From NCBI GenBank assembly GCA_041192325.1, contig JBEENF010000001.1, positions 1-41,502 on the forward strand: a stretch of 41,502 nucleotides of DNA, given 5' to 3'. This stretch comes from Verrucomicrobiota bacterium (lineage in GTDB: Bacteria > Verrucomicrobiota > Verrucomicrobiia > Opitutales > Opitutaceae). This document shows, piece by piece, positions 27,662 through 38,056 of the stretch. The notes under the pieces are model-generated. The model was not told the DNA's origin. It did no database searches and saw only the letters and a list, made by a program, of their open reading frames with translations. Position numbers and translations under genes: made by a program. Each line of letters opens with the position of its first letter. Position 1 is the first letter of the stretch.

Positions 27662-29203
27662 TCAGTAAACCTGTTCGTCCAGCAAAGCGAAAAGCTCGGC
27701 TTCGGTGATGCGCTTTTGCGCCATCGAATCGCGCTCGCGCAGGGTAAAGCTGCCATCCTTTTCGATCGTTTCGAAGTCGATGGTCACGCACCACGGTGTG
27801 CCGATCTCATCCTGGCGTCGATAACGCCGGCCGATGGCCCCGCCGTCGTCGTAGAAAACCGCATACCGGCGCTTGAGCCGGCCATAGAGTTCGCGGGCCC
27901 GCGCGACCAGCAGCTCCTTGTTTTTCAACAGCGGAAGCACCGCCACTTTCACGGGCGCGATCCGGGGCGAAAGCCGGAGCACCGTGCGTTTCTCGACGTT
28001 GCCCTTCTCGTCCTTCACGTCTTCCTCGGCATAGCCCGCGCACAGCACGGCGAGCAGGATGCGGTCGACGCCCACGGCCGGTTCGATCACGTGCGGCGTG
28101 AACTTCTTCTTCGACGCCTCGTCGAAGATGTCCTGGGGTTTCCCGCTGGCGGCAGCGTGCTGCCCGAGGTCGTAGTTGCCCCGCGCCGCGATTCCCCACA
28201 GCTCCTGCACCCCAAAGGGATACTTGAACATGATGTCCACCGTGCCCTTCGAATAAAACGCGAGCTTCTCCTTCAGATGGGCGTAACGGGAGAGGTGGGT
28301 GTCGGGGAGGCCGATGCTCTTCAGCCAGCCTTCACACCAGGCAATCCATTCCTCGTGGCACTTCGCCCAGTCCGCGTCCTCATGGATGAAATATTCCATC
28401 TCCATCTGTTCGAACTCGCGGGACCGAAAGATGAAATTGCGCGGGGTGATTTCGTTGCGGAACGACTTGCCAATTTGCGCGATGCCGAAGGGCAGCTTCA
28501 CCCGGCCGGTGTCGACGACGTTTTTGAAGTCCACAAACATGCCCTGCGCCGTCTCCGGGCGCAGGTAGGCAACGGACGAGGCGTCGGTCATGGCCCCGAC
28601 GTTGGTCTGGAACATCATGTTGAACGCGCGCGGTGGGGTGAGATCGCCAGGATTTCCGGTGGCCGGCGACGGGATCAAAGCGATCTCTTCCGGTTTTGCC
28701 CCGTCGATGGGGAGCCCGGCGATCGTTTGCAGGGTTCCCCGGGCAGATTTCTTCCGCTTTAGATCGTTAGCCTTCTCGGTGAGTTCTTCGTTCGTTCGTT
28801 CGCTTTCGAGCGCGGAAACATAACCAAGGGTGTTTTGGCTGCCGTCTTCCCCCGTCACAACGACGGGGGCATAGAACAACTGGTCGGCGCGATACCGCTG
28901 CTTGCTCACCTTGCAATCGACCAGCGGATCCGTGAAGCCGGCGACGTGGCCGGACGCTTCCCAGACCTTCGGGTGCATGATGATGGACGTTTCGATCCCG
29001 ACGATGTCGTCGCGGCGGCGTACCATGTCATTCCACCAGCAATCGCGGATGTTCTTCTTCAATTCCGAACCCAGCGGACCATAGTCGAAAAACCCGTTGA
29101 GTCCGCCGTAGATCTCCGACGACTGGAAAATGAAGCCGCGCCTTTTTGCGAGGGCGACAATGTTGTCCATGGTGGTGACGGGAGCAGTGGGATCGGCGGA
29201 CAT
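27662..29203 (-). CDS. glyQS: Glycine--tRNA ligase, homodimeric (alpha2) type
   Basis: [34 protein letters not shown]...[24 protein letters not shown]. Confidence 0.97.
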   Translation of the reverse strand: MSADPTAPVTTMDNIVALAKRRGFIFQSSEIYGGLNGFFDYGPLGSELKKNIRDCWWNDMVRRRDDIVGIETSIIMHPKVWEASGHVAGFTDPLVDCKVSKQRYRADQLFYAPVVVTGEDGSQNTLGYVSALESERTNEELTEKANDLKRKKSARGTLQTIAGLPIDGAKPEEIALIPSPATGNPGDLTPPRAFNMMFQTNVGAMTDASSVAYLRPETAQGMFVDFKNVVDTGRVKLPFGIAQIGKSFRNEITPRNFIFRSREFEQMEMEYFIHEDADWAKCHEEWIAWCEGWLKSIGLPDTHLSRYAHLKEKLAFYSKGTVDIMFKYPFGVQELWGIAARGNYDLGQHAAASGKPQDIFDEASKKKFTPHVIEPAVGVDRILLAVLCAGYAEEDVKDEKGNVEKRTVLRLSPRIAPVKVAVLPLLKNKELLVARARELYGRLKRRYAVFYDDGGAIGRRYRRQDEIGTPWCVTIDFETIEKDGSFTLRERDSMAQKRITEAELFALLDEQVY

Positions 29204-29421
29204 AAACCGTGAGAGTTAGCCGGATGGGGGGCTTTCGGTCAACGCCGCCGTTGGAGCCGGCGCTTTCCGCGGGAGCACGGTGTGCGGATTTTGTAAACCC
29301 GTGACCGGCAAAGGAGAAAAAGGAAACTGGCCTTCCTCTGCTCTGCCGGCCGCGGCCGGGCGTGGCCGGCGCCGGGAGTGATTTCCGTGAACTCTGCGGC
29401 GCGGACCGTTTCAAAGAGCTC

Positions 29422-29886
29422 ATGAAGATGACATCCGATCATGCCGTGCGCGCGCTCAATTCGCTCCTACCCGTGTGCCGCACCTCGGAACAGGGCTTTC
29501 AGTTGGCGGCAATGGACGTCACCGACCCGGAGCTGGCCCGCTTTTTCGCGGAGTGCTCGGCGCAACGCAGCAAGTTTGTCGGCGAACTCGAGGACCGGGT
29601 GCGGCTCCTCCGCGAGGAGCCCGTGAAAACCGGCAGCCCGGTCGCCGCGCTCCATCGCCGCTGGATGGAGCTCAAGGCGGCCCTCGCGGACAACCAGATT
29701 CACACCGTGCTGGCGGAATGCGAACGCGGCGAGGACGGGGCGGTAAAAGCTTACGTGGCAGCGCTGGCCGAGGCGGACGTGGATGATATTAGCCGCCGGC
29801 TGATTCAGACCCAATACGAAGCCGTGCAGGCGGCGCATGACCGCCTGCGGCAGTTGCGTGACAGCGCGGCGTATGCCTACCGCTGA
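29422..29886 (+). CDS. PA2169 / DUF2383 family four-helix-bundle (ferritin-like) protein
   Basis: LNSLL...GF, GS...ALHRRWMELKAAL, ECERGEDGAVKAY. Start trimmed to ATG 29422. Confidence 0.85.
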   Translation: MKMTSDHAVRALNSLLPVCRTSEQGFQLAAMDVTDPELARFFAECSAQRSKFVGELEDRVRLLREEPVKTGSPVAALHRRWMELKAALADNQIHTVLAECERGEDGAVKAYVAALAEADVDDISRRLIQTQYEAVQAAHDRLRQLRDSAAYAYR

Positions 29887-29898
29887 CCGCGGGAGCGG

Positions 29899-29926
29899 TG
29901 TAACCGCGGTTGTCCGCTGTCCGTCA
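29899..29926 (+). promoter_or_regulatory. Candidate ECF sigma promoter TGTAAC-N17-CGTCA
   Basis: Located 26 nt upstream of the Spy-like start codon; typical ECF -35 AAC / -10 CGT architecture. Confidence 0.6.
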
Positions 29927-29952
29927 TCGGCGGCAACCTTACCGTTCTTCCG

Positions 29953-30369
29953 ATGAATAAACTTACCCGAATCACACTTCATACCCTCGGACTTGCGACT
30001 GTCGCCGTTCCCTCGTTTTGCGCCAAGGACGCTGGCGCGGAGCCCCGCCCCGACCGGGAGGGATTGCGCGCGCTGGCGGCACGCGCTGCGGTTCGCGCCC
30101 ACGTGGCGCGCCGGCTCAATTTGACGGCGGAGCAGATTACCCGGCTCAAATCCCGCCGCTCGGTGGCGGCTGACGCGATGAAGGCGATCCGCGCCGATGA
30201 AGGTCTGACGCGGGAGCAGAAGATCGCCCAAGGCCGGTCCCTGGGCGAGGCCACGCGCGGCGAAATGCGCGCCATTTTGACCCCGGAACAGCGGGCGAAG
30301 CTCGATGCCTTTCGGGAACGCCTTGGCGAACGCCAGCGGACGCAGCGTTCCGCCGCCGGAACGCCTTGA
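29953..30369 (+). CDS. Spy/CpxP-like periplasmic chaperone (LTXXQ)
   Basis: Signal peptide; LTAEQ, LTREQ and LTPEQ motifs in a helical, basic protein. Confidence 0.75.
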   Translation: MNKLTRITLHTLGLATVAVPSFCAKDAGAEPRPDREGLRALAARAAVRAHVARRLNLTAEQITRLKSRRSVAADAMKAIRADEGLTREQKIAQGRSLGEATRGEMRAILTPEQRAKLDAFRERLGERQRTQRSAAGTP

Positions 30370-30707
30370 GCACCCCTTGTTCGGCGGGCGCGGAGACGTC
30401 TCGTCGCTCCGTCCTTTCGGCCTGATGCTGGGGTCGGCGGCGGGCGGCGTTTCCAACCGTCGCACAACCAACGGGTGCGGCGGTTTGCGTTTCCGGGTCG
30501 CAGGGATAACGGGAAGGAGAAGCCGCGTAACCGGCGGACGGGATTTACGGTTCTCCCGTTGCGCACCCCTTCACCAAAGCCCATGTCTTTTCTGCACGCC
30601 ACGACTGCAAAACGAAGCGGCCAGCGCGGCGAGCCGCCGCGATAATTTCGTTGCGCGGTATTTACGACGGCGCCACTCGCATTTACCCTTTTAATTCCAC
30701 GTCTTTC

Positions 30708-32294
30708 ATGAAAACGAATGTTACCGCCCGCGTCCTGGTCATGTCCGCCGTTCTCGCCGTGACGATTGCCGCCGGGCTGACCGTCCGCGCCGGCGAGGCC
30801 AAGAACCCCCCGGCGCGCAACAAGGCGCCGGCGGCCAAAAAGGCTGAACCGGTTGCGCCCGGTTCCCGCCCTCCCCTGAAGCTGAGTGTCGACCGCAAGG
30901 AGATCAACCGCGATGCCCCCGATCGGGTGAGCTACGCGGGCGTCGTCAAGCGCACCGCCGCCAGCGTGGTGTATGTATATTCGTCGAAGAAGGTAACCGC
31001 GCCGGATCTTACGCCCTTTCTCAACGATCCGACGCTACGCCGGTTTTTCAATATTCCGGACGAGGATGGGCGCGGGGGAGGCGGCGGAGGCCGCAACTCG
31101 CCGCGCGGCAACTCGCGCGCCCGTCCTCCGGAACAAACTCAGCAGGGCCTCGGCTCGGGCGTGGTGATCACGGCCGACGGATATATTCTGACGAACAATC
31201 ATGTCGTCGACCGCGCTGACGATGTGAAAGTTTCGATTGGCGATTCCAACCGTCGCTTTGAGGCGAAGGTCATCGGTCGTGACGCGGCGTCCGACCTGGC
31301 AGTGCTGAAGATTGAATCCGCCGGCCTTTCTCCGGCGACTTTCGGCGACAGCGATCAGTTGCAAGTGGGCGACGTCGTCCTTGCGATCGGAAATCCCTTT
31401 GGTGTCGGCCAGTCCGTCAGCCGCGGCATCGTGAGTGCGCTCAGCCGCGGGGTGGGGTTCGGACCGTTCGAGGATTTCATTCAGACCGATGCCGCCATCA
31501 ATCCGGGAAACTCCGGCGGTGCGCTCCTGGACACCGAAGGACGGGTCGTGGGCATCAATTCCGCGATTCTCAGCCGGAGCGGTGGCTTTGCCGGCGTGGG
31601 CTTCGCGATTCCCATCAACGTCGTTCGCTCGGTCGCCGAGCAGATTGTCAACACCGGCCGGGTGGAGCGCGGGTTTCTCGGCGTGCTGCCGCAGGAGTTG
31701 ACCGAGGAATTGACGGCCCAATTCGGGACCGACAAAGGGGCGCTCGTGGCGGAGGTGACGCCCGACACGCCGGCGGAAAAGGCGGGCCTCAGAGCGGGCG
31801 ACGTTATCACCAAGATCAACGCGATCGAGATCCGCGATCCCCGTCACCTGTTGATGACGGTCAGTCAGCTCGCTCCCGAGTCCAAAATCACCATCGGCTA
31901 TCTCCGCGATGGCAAACCCGCCACGGCGAACGTGACCCTCGCCCGACGCCCGGATGATCGACTGTCGGGCGGGGAGTCGGGCAGGAATCCGATCAAGGAC
32001 GACGGCGTTTTGAATGGCGTCGCCGTGGAGGATATTACCCCGGAAATCCGCGAACAGCTCGACATTCCCCCCCGTTTCCAAGGCGCCATCATCACCGAAG
32101 TCGAGCCCGACAGTCCCTCCGCACGACAAGGTTTGCGCGAAGGGGACGTTATCCTGGAACTTAATTTCCGTCCCGTGCGCAATGCGACCGAAGCGGTGAA
32201 GCTCAGCGAGGAAATCAAGGGTCCGAAAGTGACCGTGCGCTTCCTGCGGGCGGGGCGGGCCAGCTACCTGGTGATCGACGAGTCGAAGAAATAG
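30708..32294 (+). CDS. HtrA/DegP-DegQ family periplasmic serine endoprotease with 2 PDZ domains
   Basis: GLGSGVVI, TNNHVV, DLAVLK, IQTDAAINPGNSGG, two PDZ domains. Start trimmed to ATG 30708. Confidence 0.95.
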   Translation: MKTNVTARVLVMSAVLAVTIAAGLTVRAGEAKNPPARNKAPAAKKAEPVAPGSRPPLKLSVDRKEINRDAPDRVSYAGVVKRTAASVVYVYSSKKVTAPDLTPFLNDPTLRRFFNIPDEDGRGGGGGGRNSPRGNSRARPPEQTQQGLGSGVVITADGYILTNNHVVDRADDVKVSIGDSNRRFEAKVIGRDAASDLAVLKIESAGLSPATFGDSDQLQVGDVVLAIGNPFGVGQSVSRGIVSALSRGVGFGPFEDFIQTDAAINPGNSGGALLDTEGRVVGINSAILSRSGGFAGVGFAIPINVVRSVAEQIVNTGRVERGFLGVLPQELTEELTAQFGTDKGALVAEVTPDTPAEKAGLRAGDVITKINAIEIRDPRHLLMTVSQLAPESKITIGYLRDGKPATANVTLARRPDDRLSGGESGRNPIKDDGVLNGVAVEDITPEIREQLDIPPRFQGAIITEVEPDSPSARQGLREGDVILELNFRPVRNATEAVKLSEEIKGPKVTVRFLRAGRASYLVIDESKK

Positions 32295-32399
32295 CGTTGT
32301 TTCGGCGGCGGGAAGGTAAGCTCGTCGCCGGGGCCCGCGTGCGGTCGTGTCCGTTCGAGGGGTTCTTCGTGGCCGCGCGAAACGTCTCGCCGCAGGCCA

Positions 32400-32879
32400 T
32401 CAGTACCGCTGACCAAGCTTGCGATACAGCGCACTGAGCGCCCAGGCGGGGCCGATGAAGATGAACCGGAGATCCTTCACCAAAGAGGGATTTCGGTGTT
32501 CCAGCACGTGGCCGAAAAATTGCACGGCCCACGCGAGGCCGAACACCACGCAGGAAATTTTCCACACCGGCCAAGGCGCATACAGTTCAAGGAGCGTCAA
32601 TCCGGTGTAGCCGATCGCCATGAAGAACAGCAGTCCGGCGCCGAGGGCGGGCGAAAGGCGGACATAGAGTAGCGTGGCGACCGCCATCGCGACGAGCGCC
32701 CAGTTGAACCACGGGGCCACTTCCATCCACTGCTCCGGAACGGGAATGGCCCAGGCAAAGCCGAACACGGCCAGGAAAGTCACGGGCGCACAAATCCACT
32801 GCAGGGCTTTGTTGGTGGGATTCTGGTGGTCGATGCCGTATTCGGCGAACCACTCGTCGGCTGATTTCCGGGAGGTCAT
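32400..32879 (-). CDS. DUF962 / Mpo1-like membrane protein
   Basis: WFAEYGIDHQNPTNK, AWAVQFFGHVLE.RNPS, IGPAW. Start trimmed to ATG 32879. Confidence 0.85.
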   Translation of the reverse strand: MTSRKSADEWFAEYGIDHQNPTNKALQWICAPVTFLAVFGFAWAIPVPEQWMEVAPWFNWALVAMAVATLLYVRLSPALGAGLLFFMAIGYTGLTLLELYAPWPVWKISCVVFGLAWAVQFFGHVLEHRNPSLVKDLRFIFIGPAWALSALYRKLGQRY

Positions 32880-32929
32880 CGTGCGGTCGCGGAAGATTTC
32901 GGGCCAGCGCAAGGCGGTCAACGCGTTCC

Positions 32930-34153
32930 TCAGAGTCGCAGGAATATCTTTCGCACGTAAAGAAACCGGGCCAGCGCCAGCATCAGCAGTAGGGCGGTGA
33001 GCGCCAGCGCGAGCTCGCCCATGCCGGGCGCCACCTGTTGATCCAGAAAACTTTTTACGCTCCCGCCGGTGAGGCGGGGCGCGATGCGCTGAAAACCAAG
33101 GATGTTCGCGGCGAGGTAGAGCGTGATGGGATTCATCCCGATCCAGACCAGCGGCTCGCACCAGCGACGCCAGTGCAGCACGTCCACCACGGTGTAGAAC
33201 CCTGCCAGCAGCAGGCAGCTCCAGCCGCCCGCCACGAGCACGAAGGAGGACGTCCAGATTTTCTTTACGACCGGAAATTGCAAATGCCACAGCCAGCCCA
33301 CGGCGACTGCGCCCGCGCCACCGGCCACCAGCCAGAGAATCTTTTGTCGGTCACTGCGATCCGAACGTTGTAGCAGCAAGCCGGCGAAGACCCCCAGGAG
33401 GCAGGTGGCTACGGCGGGCAGCGTGCTCAACACACCTTCCGGGTCATAGGCGCCGTCGTATTTCTTGCCGGGGAGATACTCGAAATCGAAATGGTTCGAG
33501 ACATTGAGCCCCGGCTCGTAGCGGCCCGTCACGCGCGCGGTGGCGCCCTCGTAAAGCTCGCGGACCTGCGCCCCGGTGGGCTCGGCCTTGAAATGCGCCG
33601 TCAGGGCCGTCCGACTGAGCGTGACCTCCCGGATGGGAACCCACGCCATCAGGCCCCAATAACCCAACAGCATCAGGATGCCGCAGACCGCCAGGGCGCG
33701 GGGTTTCAAGTAGCAGAACAGAAGCCCGGTCGCCGCGTAGGCGAGCGCGATGCGTTGCAGGACCCCAAGCACGCGCACGCCCGGCCATTCGCTGCTCAGG
33801 CCGCCGCTGTAGAAAATGCCGAGCAGGAAGAGGAAAGCCGCCCGGCGAAGCACGCGCTTCACTGCTTCCGGCCGGCCGTGCTGAGCGATAAGCCGCGTCA
33901 GGGAAAACACCAGCGAGGCGCCGACGATGAAGACAAAGAGCGGAAAGATGAGGTCGTAGAAAGCGAAGCCGGCCCAGTCCTTGTGTTGGAGTTGCTGGGC
34001 GGTTACCCGCAGCGGACCGACGTCCCACGTTTTCGCCGCGGCGCGAATCACGGCATCGCCGCCCAAGATCCAGAGCATGTCGAATCCCCGGAGGGCATCG
34101 AGCGATACAAGGCGGGTGGCCGCCGTCGGCGGGGGGGGCGGGGTGGAAGCCAT
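32930..34153 (-). CDS. Heparan-alpha-glucosaminide N-acetyltransferase-like membrane acyltransferase
   Basis: RLVSLDALRGFDM, DLIFPLFVF, GVLQRIA, DPEGVLSTL, KKIWTSSF, GMNPI. Confidence 0.88.
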   Translation of the reverse strand: MASTPPPPPTAATRLVSLDALRGFDMLWILGGDAVIRAAAKTWDVGPLRVTAQQLQHKDWAGFAFYDLIFPLFVFIVGASLVFSLTRLIAQHGRPEAVKRVLRRAAFLFLLGIFYSGGLSSEWPGVRVLGVLQRIALAYAATGLLFCYLKPRALAVCGILMLLGYWGLMAWVPIREVTLSRTALTAHFKAEPTGAQVRELYEGATARVTGRYEPGLNVSNHFDFEYLPGKKYDGAYDPEGVLSTLPAVATCLLGVFAGLLLQRSDRSDRQKILWLVAGGAGAVAVGWLWHLQFPVVKKIWTSSFVLVAGGWSCLLLAGFYTVVDVLHWRRWCEPLVWIGMNPITLYLAANILGFQRIAPRLTGGSVKSFLDQQVAPGMGELALALTALLLMLALARFLYVRKIFLRL

Positions 34154-34316
34154 GGAGCGAGACGGGTGTGGCGACGCTGCGACGGCTGCACCGGGCGGTC
34201 AATGGCGGCTTGTGGCTGCCCTGCGAGTGTTCCTCACGGGTTGAATTCGCCGGGCGCCCGCGGCGTTCATCCGGCCGGGATTGACTGTCGGGTTTTCCTC
34301 CCTTCAGCCTGCGAGC

Positions 34317-37262
34317 ATGCCCTGCAACCCCCTCCGCACCATCCTGTTAATTTTCTGGCTCATGTGGTCTGTGCCGGCCGCCCTTTTTGCCGCGAGCGGC
34401 CCAACGCCCGGCGCGACTTCGGCTGAGACGGGTCGCTTCAGCGGACGAGTGCAAAACAGCGCGACTGGCGCTTACCTCGAAGGCGCTCTGGTCACGTTGG
34501 AATCGACGCAGTACAGCACCTTCACGGGCCGCGATGGCGCCTTTTATTTTCCGGCCCTGCCCCCGGGCGAGTACCGGGTGTCCGCCTCTTACACGGGACT
34601 CGATACGCAAACCGTTTCCGTGGCGATTCCGACCGGCGGCAATCTGACGCGCGAATTCGCCCTCACCTCCAAGGCCTATGCCATGGATGCCTTCACCGTG
34701 GCCGGTGAGAGAGAGGGCAATGCGCTGGCGATCACTCAACAGCGCAACGCGCCCAACGTGAAGAACGTCCTGTCCTCCGACGCGTTCGGCAACATTGCCG
34801 ACCAGAACATCGGCAACCTGCTCATGCGCCTGCCCGGCGTGACCGAGGAGATGTCGGAGGGAGAAGTGGGTTCCGTCAGTGTGCGCGGGATCAGTTCCAG
34901 CATGAACGCGGTCACGGTTGACGGCACCCGCGGCGCCAACGGCGCCACGGGCACGATGAACCGCGCTTTCCAGGTCGACCGGCTGCCGGCGGATTTCGTC
35001 GAGCAGATCGAAGTCACCAAGGCGCTCACGCCCGACATGGACGGCGATTCCATCGGCGGGGCGATCAACCTGCGCACCAAGTCGCCGCTGGACCGCAAGG
35101 GCCGCTCGATCTCCTACATGGGGGGCGCCTCGTGGAATTTGGACCGGGGCACGCTGCGCCCGATCGCGTCGTTCAACTACTCGAACGTCTTCGGCGCGGA
35201 GCAGAAGCTCGGCGTGCTTTTCACCTCCAGTTTCAACCGCACCCACAAGCCGCGCGACTCGGTGTACAAAAACTGGCAGGTGACGACGAACACCAGCGCG
35301 CCGGCGTATTTTTACATGAGCAACCTCGGCGAAGACCGGCTCACGCACAAGCGGATCGGGGTGGGCTTGCGGGTCGACTACAAGCTCAGTCCCACCCACC
35401 GGATCTTTCTCAACACGATGTATGCAGATTACACGGATACCCTTGATCGGCGCCATTTTGTCATGACGCCGACCGCGGCGCAGATTAGGCCGGGCTGGAC
35501 GGACACCGTGACGGAGACGATCAACCACCCGCTGAGTTTGTCGCAAAATCACCGCGTGCGTGCGGTCGAGAGCGTGAACTTCGTTTTTGGCGGCGAAAAG
35601 CGGTTTGCCAGCGGCCTGATCGACTACGGCGCAAACTATTCGCTCTCAAACGGTACCGAGGATCGGGTCATTCCCACCATGCAGGTTTCGGGCGTCGGCT
35701 TTCGCTTCGACCGCAGCAAGAGCATCGAGTACCCGACCATGACACAGATCAGCGGGCCCGCGTACACCGATCGGAGCGCCCATACGAACACGTTGTTTAA
35801 CCTGCAGGACTTCGACGACAAGGACGTGATCAAGGCCTTTCACGTCAACTGGCGGAAGACGTTTGCCACGGCGGCGCCGGCCGGCCTGAAGATGGGCATC
35901 CGGTATCGCGGCCAGGACCGGAATCGCGACCAGTCCCGCCCCGTCTATATCTACGCCGGTCCCGACGGCATAGTCGGCGTCAATCCGGCCACGCGCCTCA
36001 ACGACGACAACATCGCGCAGTTTGCCGATGCATCGTATACCTATCGCTCGGCACGCGGGCGCTATGATCCCGTACCGGTGGTGGACCCGGAAGCCATGCG
36101 ACGTCACCTTACGGCCAATCCCAACCAATTCACGCTGAACGTGCTTAACACCACGCGGGACGACTTGCAGTTTGACGGCAAAATTTCGGAGGAGGTCACG
36201 GCGGGGTACATCATGGGTGACCTGCACATCGGCCCGATCGACATCATGGGTGGCGTGCGACTCGAGCAGACCAATGTATCAAGCCGCGGCGTGCGGCAGG
36301 AAATCACGCCCGCGGAGCGGGCGCGCCGCGCCGCGTGGGTGGGAACCGTGACTTCCGAGGAGCTGCGCCGTCGCACCATCGCGGAGTGGAGCAATCTGCG
36401 CGAGGACAAGGGCGAATACCGGAACGTGCTGCCGAGCCTACATTTCAAGTACAGCCCCTTGCGCGATGTCGTGACCCGGCTCAGCTACTCGACCGGCCTG
36501 GGCCGGCCGAACTTCTCGAACCTTCTGTTGGTGACGAATGTCAGCAACGAGAACATGACGATCCGGGCGGCGAACCCCGACCTGCGCCCGCAAACGGCCC
36601 AAAATTTCGATTTCACGCTGGAGTATTACTTCGAACCCGCGGGGCACCTTTCGGCTGGCGTTTTCCTCAAAGAGATCAGGGATTTCATTTTTGCGAGCCG
36701 CGGCGAGACGGTGGGCGCGGGCCCGAACAACGGCTTTGACGGCCAATATGAAGGATATATCTCAACCATGGATACAAACGGTGGTTTCGCCCGTGTGCGG
36801 GGCTTCGAGCTGAGCTACAGCCAGCGCTTCACCTTCCTCCCGGGCCTGTGGAAAGGCCTTGGTTTCATGGCGAACTACACCCGGATGGACACCCGGGGTG
36901 AATACACTGCGACCGGCGGAGTGGTGACGAAGGGGGAACTGGCTTTATTCCAGCCGGAATCTTTCAACACCGGCTTGTCTTATGCCCATCGCGGGCTCGA
37001 TGTGCAGATCAAGGCCATCTACCGCGGCGAAATGCTGAATACCTACAACGCGAATGCCGCCTCGCGACTGTACAATTACTCCCGCACCAACATCGACCTG
37101 AACCTGAAATACAGTTGGAAACCCTGGATGACCTTCTTCGTCGATGTAATCAACCTGTTCGATGGCTCCTCGGCGGATGCGTTCGTGTACGTACCGGATC
37201 GGAATCGGTACACCATGGTCTACACGCCGGCCATCAAGGCCGGGATTTCCGGCCGATTCTGA
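34317..37262 (+). CDS. TonB-dependent receptor
   Basis: Signal peptide, N-terminal carboxypeptidase-regulatory-like domain, plug (RLPGV, IEVTKALTPDMDGDSIGGAINL), NPDLRP, C-terminal Phe. Confidence 0.93.
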   Translation: MPCNPLRTILLIFWLMWSVPAALFAASGPTPGATSAETGRFSGRVQNSATGAYLEGALVTLESTQYSTFTGRDGAFYFPALPPGEYRVSASYTGLDTQTVSVAIPTGGNLTREFALTSKAYAMDAFTVAGEREGNALAITQQRNAPNVKNVLSSDAFGNIADQNIGNLLMRLPGVTEEMSEGEVGSVSVRGISSSMNAVTVDGTRGANGATGTMNRAFQVDRLPADFVEQIEVTKALTPDMDGDSIGGAINLRTKSPLDRKGRSISYMGGASWNLDRGTLRPIASFNYSNVFGAEQKLGVLFTSSFNRTHKPRDSVYKNWQVTTNTSAPAYFYMSNLGEDRLTHKRIGVGLRVDYKLSPTHRIFLNTMYADYTDTLDRRHFVMTPTAAQIRPGWTDTVTETINHPLSLSQNHRVRAVESVNFVFGGEKRFASGLIDYGANYSLSNGTEDRVIPTMQVSGVGFRFDRSKSIEYPTMTQISGPAYTDRSAHTNTLFNLQDFDDKDVIKAFHVNWRKTFATAAPAGLKMGIRYRGQDRNRDQSRPVYIYAGPDGIVGVNPATRLNDDNIAQFADASYTYRSARGRYDPVPVVDPEAMRRHLTANPNQFTLNVLNTTRDDLQFDGKISEEVTAGYIMGDLHIGPIDIMGGVRLEQTNVSSRGVRQEITPAERARRAAWVGTVTSEELRRRTIAEWSNLREDKGEYRNVLPSLHFKYSPLRDVVTRLSYSTGLGRPNFSNLLLVTNVSNENMTIRAANPDLRPQTAQNFDFTLEYYFEPAGHLSAGVFLKEIRDFIFASRGETVGAGPNNGFDGQYEGYISTMDTNGGFARVRGFELSYSQRFTFLPGLWKGLGFMANYTRMDTRGEYTATGGVVTKGELALFQPESFNTGLSYAHRGLDVQIKAIYRGEMLNTYNANAASRLYNYSRTNIDLNLKYSWKPWMTFFVDVINLFDGSSADAFVYVPDRNRYTMVYTPAIKAGISGRF

Positions 37263-37398
37263 AGACGGCGTAGCCTTGGCAGGAGCGGGCGCAGCGTGAT
37301 GCTGCGCCTGTTGCAGGAACGGTTGCTCGCGGGCGGGCGACAATCCGGGTTGCCCTGGGGGGCGTGGGGGGCAACTTGCACGCAGCTCCCGCAATCAC

Positions 37399-37854
37399 GT
37401 GACCAAAATCAGCTTTACCACGAAGGAATACGCCCGGCTGCTCGAACTCGTCCACCTGGGTCTGTGGGTGGCGGGCGCCCGGCCCGACGATCCCGCCACC
37501 ATGCCGGAACGCTATGCGGCGATCGCGCAGAAAACGTTCGCGCTCGCCGAGCCCTTTGGTTGCGCTGACCTTGTCGAAGCTGACGTGAATGGGCAGTTTT
37601 TCCCCAACGAGAAACTCACGGCCGGAGTGCCGCAGGAAAAGCTCGAGCAGTTCGCGGAACAGGTTTTCTGGGGTGAGCTCGCCGGCCGTCTCGCCGAACG
37701 CGATTTGGAGGGTGAATTTACCGCGATCAAACTTAGTGAGGAGATGACCGAGGATGAGCAGAAACGACTTGAAGCGATCGAAGACACCTACTGGCGCGAA
37801 TTCGAGGCGAACGGAGTCGCGCATCTGGTCGTGCTCCGCGGCGGCAAAGGTTAA
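37399..37854 (+). CDS. Acidic hypothetical protein
   Basis: 151 aa, Glu/Asp-rich, protein-like composition; no family recognised. Confidence 0.75.
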   Translation: MTKISFTTKEYARLLELVHLGLWVAGARPDDPATMPERYAAIAQKTFALAEPFGCADLVEADVNGQFFPNEKLTAGVPQEKLEQFAEQVFWGELAGRLAERDLEGEFTAIKLSEEMTEDEQKRLEAIEDTYWREFEANGVAHLVVLRGGKG

Positions 37855-38056
37855 ACTTTCGCCCCCGTTGCGCGCCGCCGGCGGGTGCGGTCCGTGCTCC
37901 AGATGGTGCGCTTAATCATGAGCGGCTTTGGGAGAGGGGGAGATTTAAGGCAACGCGGAGCCCTCGATGTGCCAAGACCGGGCAGGATGCTGAGCAGGAG
38001 GCTCGCCGCGGGCAGGGCTTGGTTGACTCCGCCGAGGCCCTTTCCGACAAACCGAC

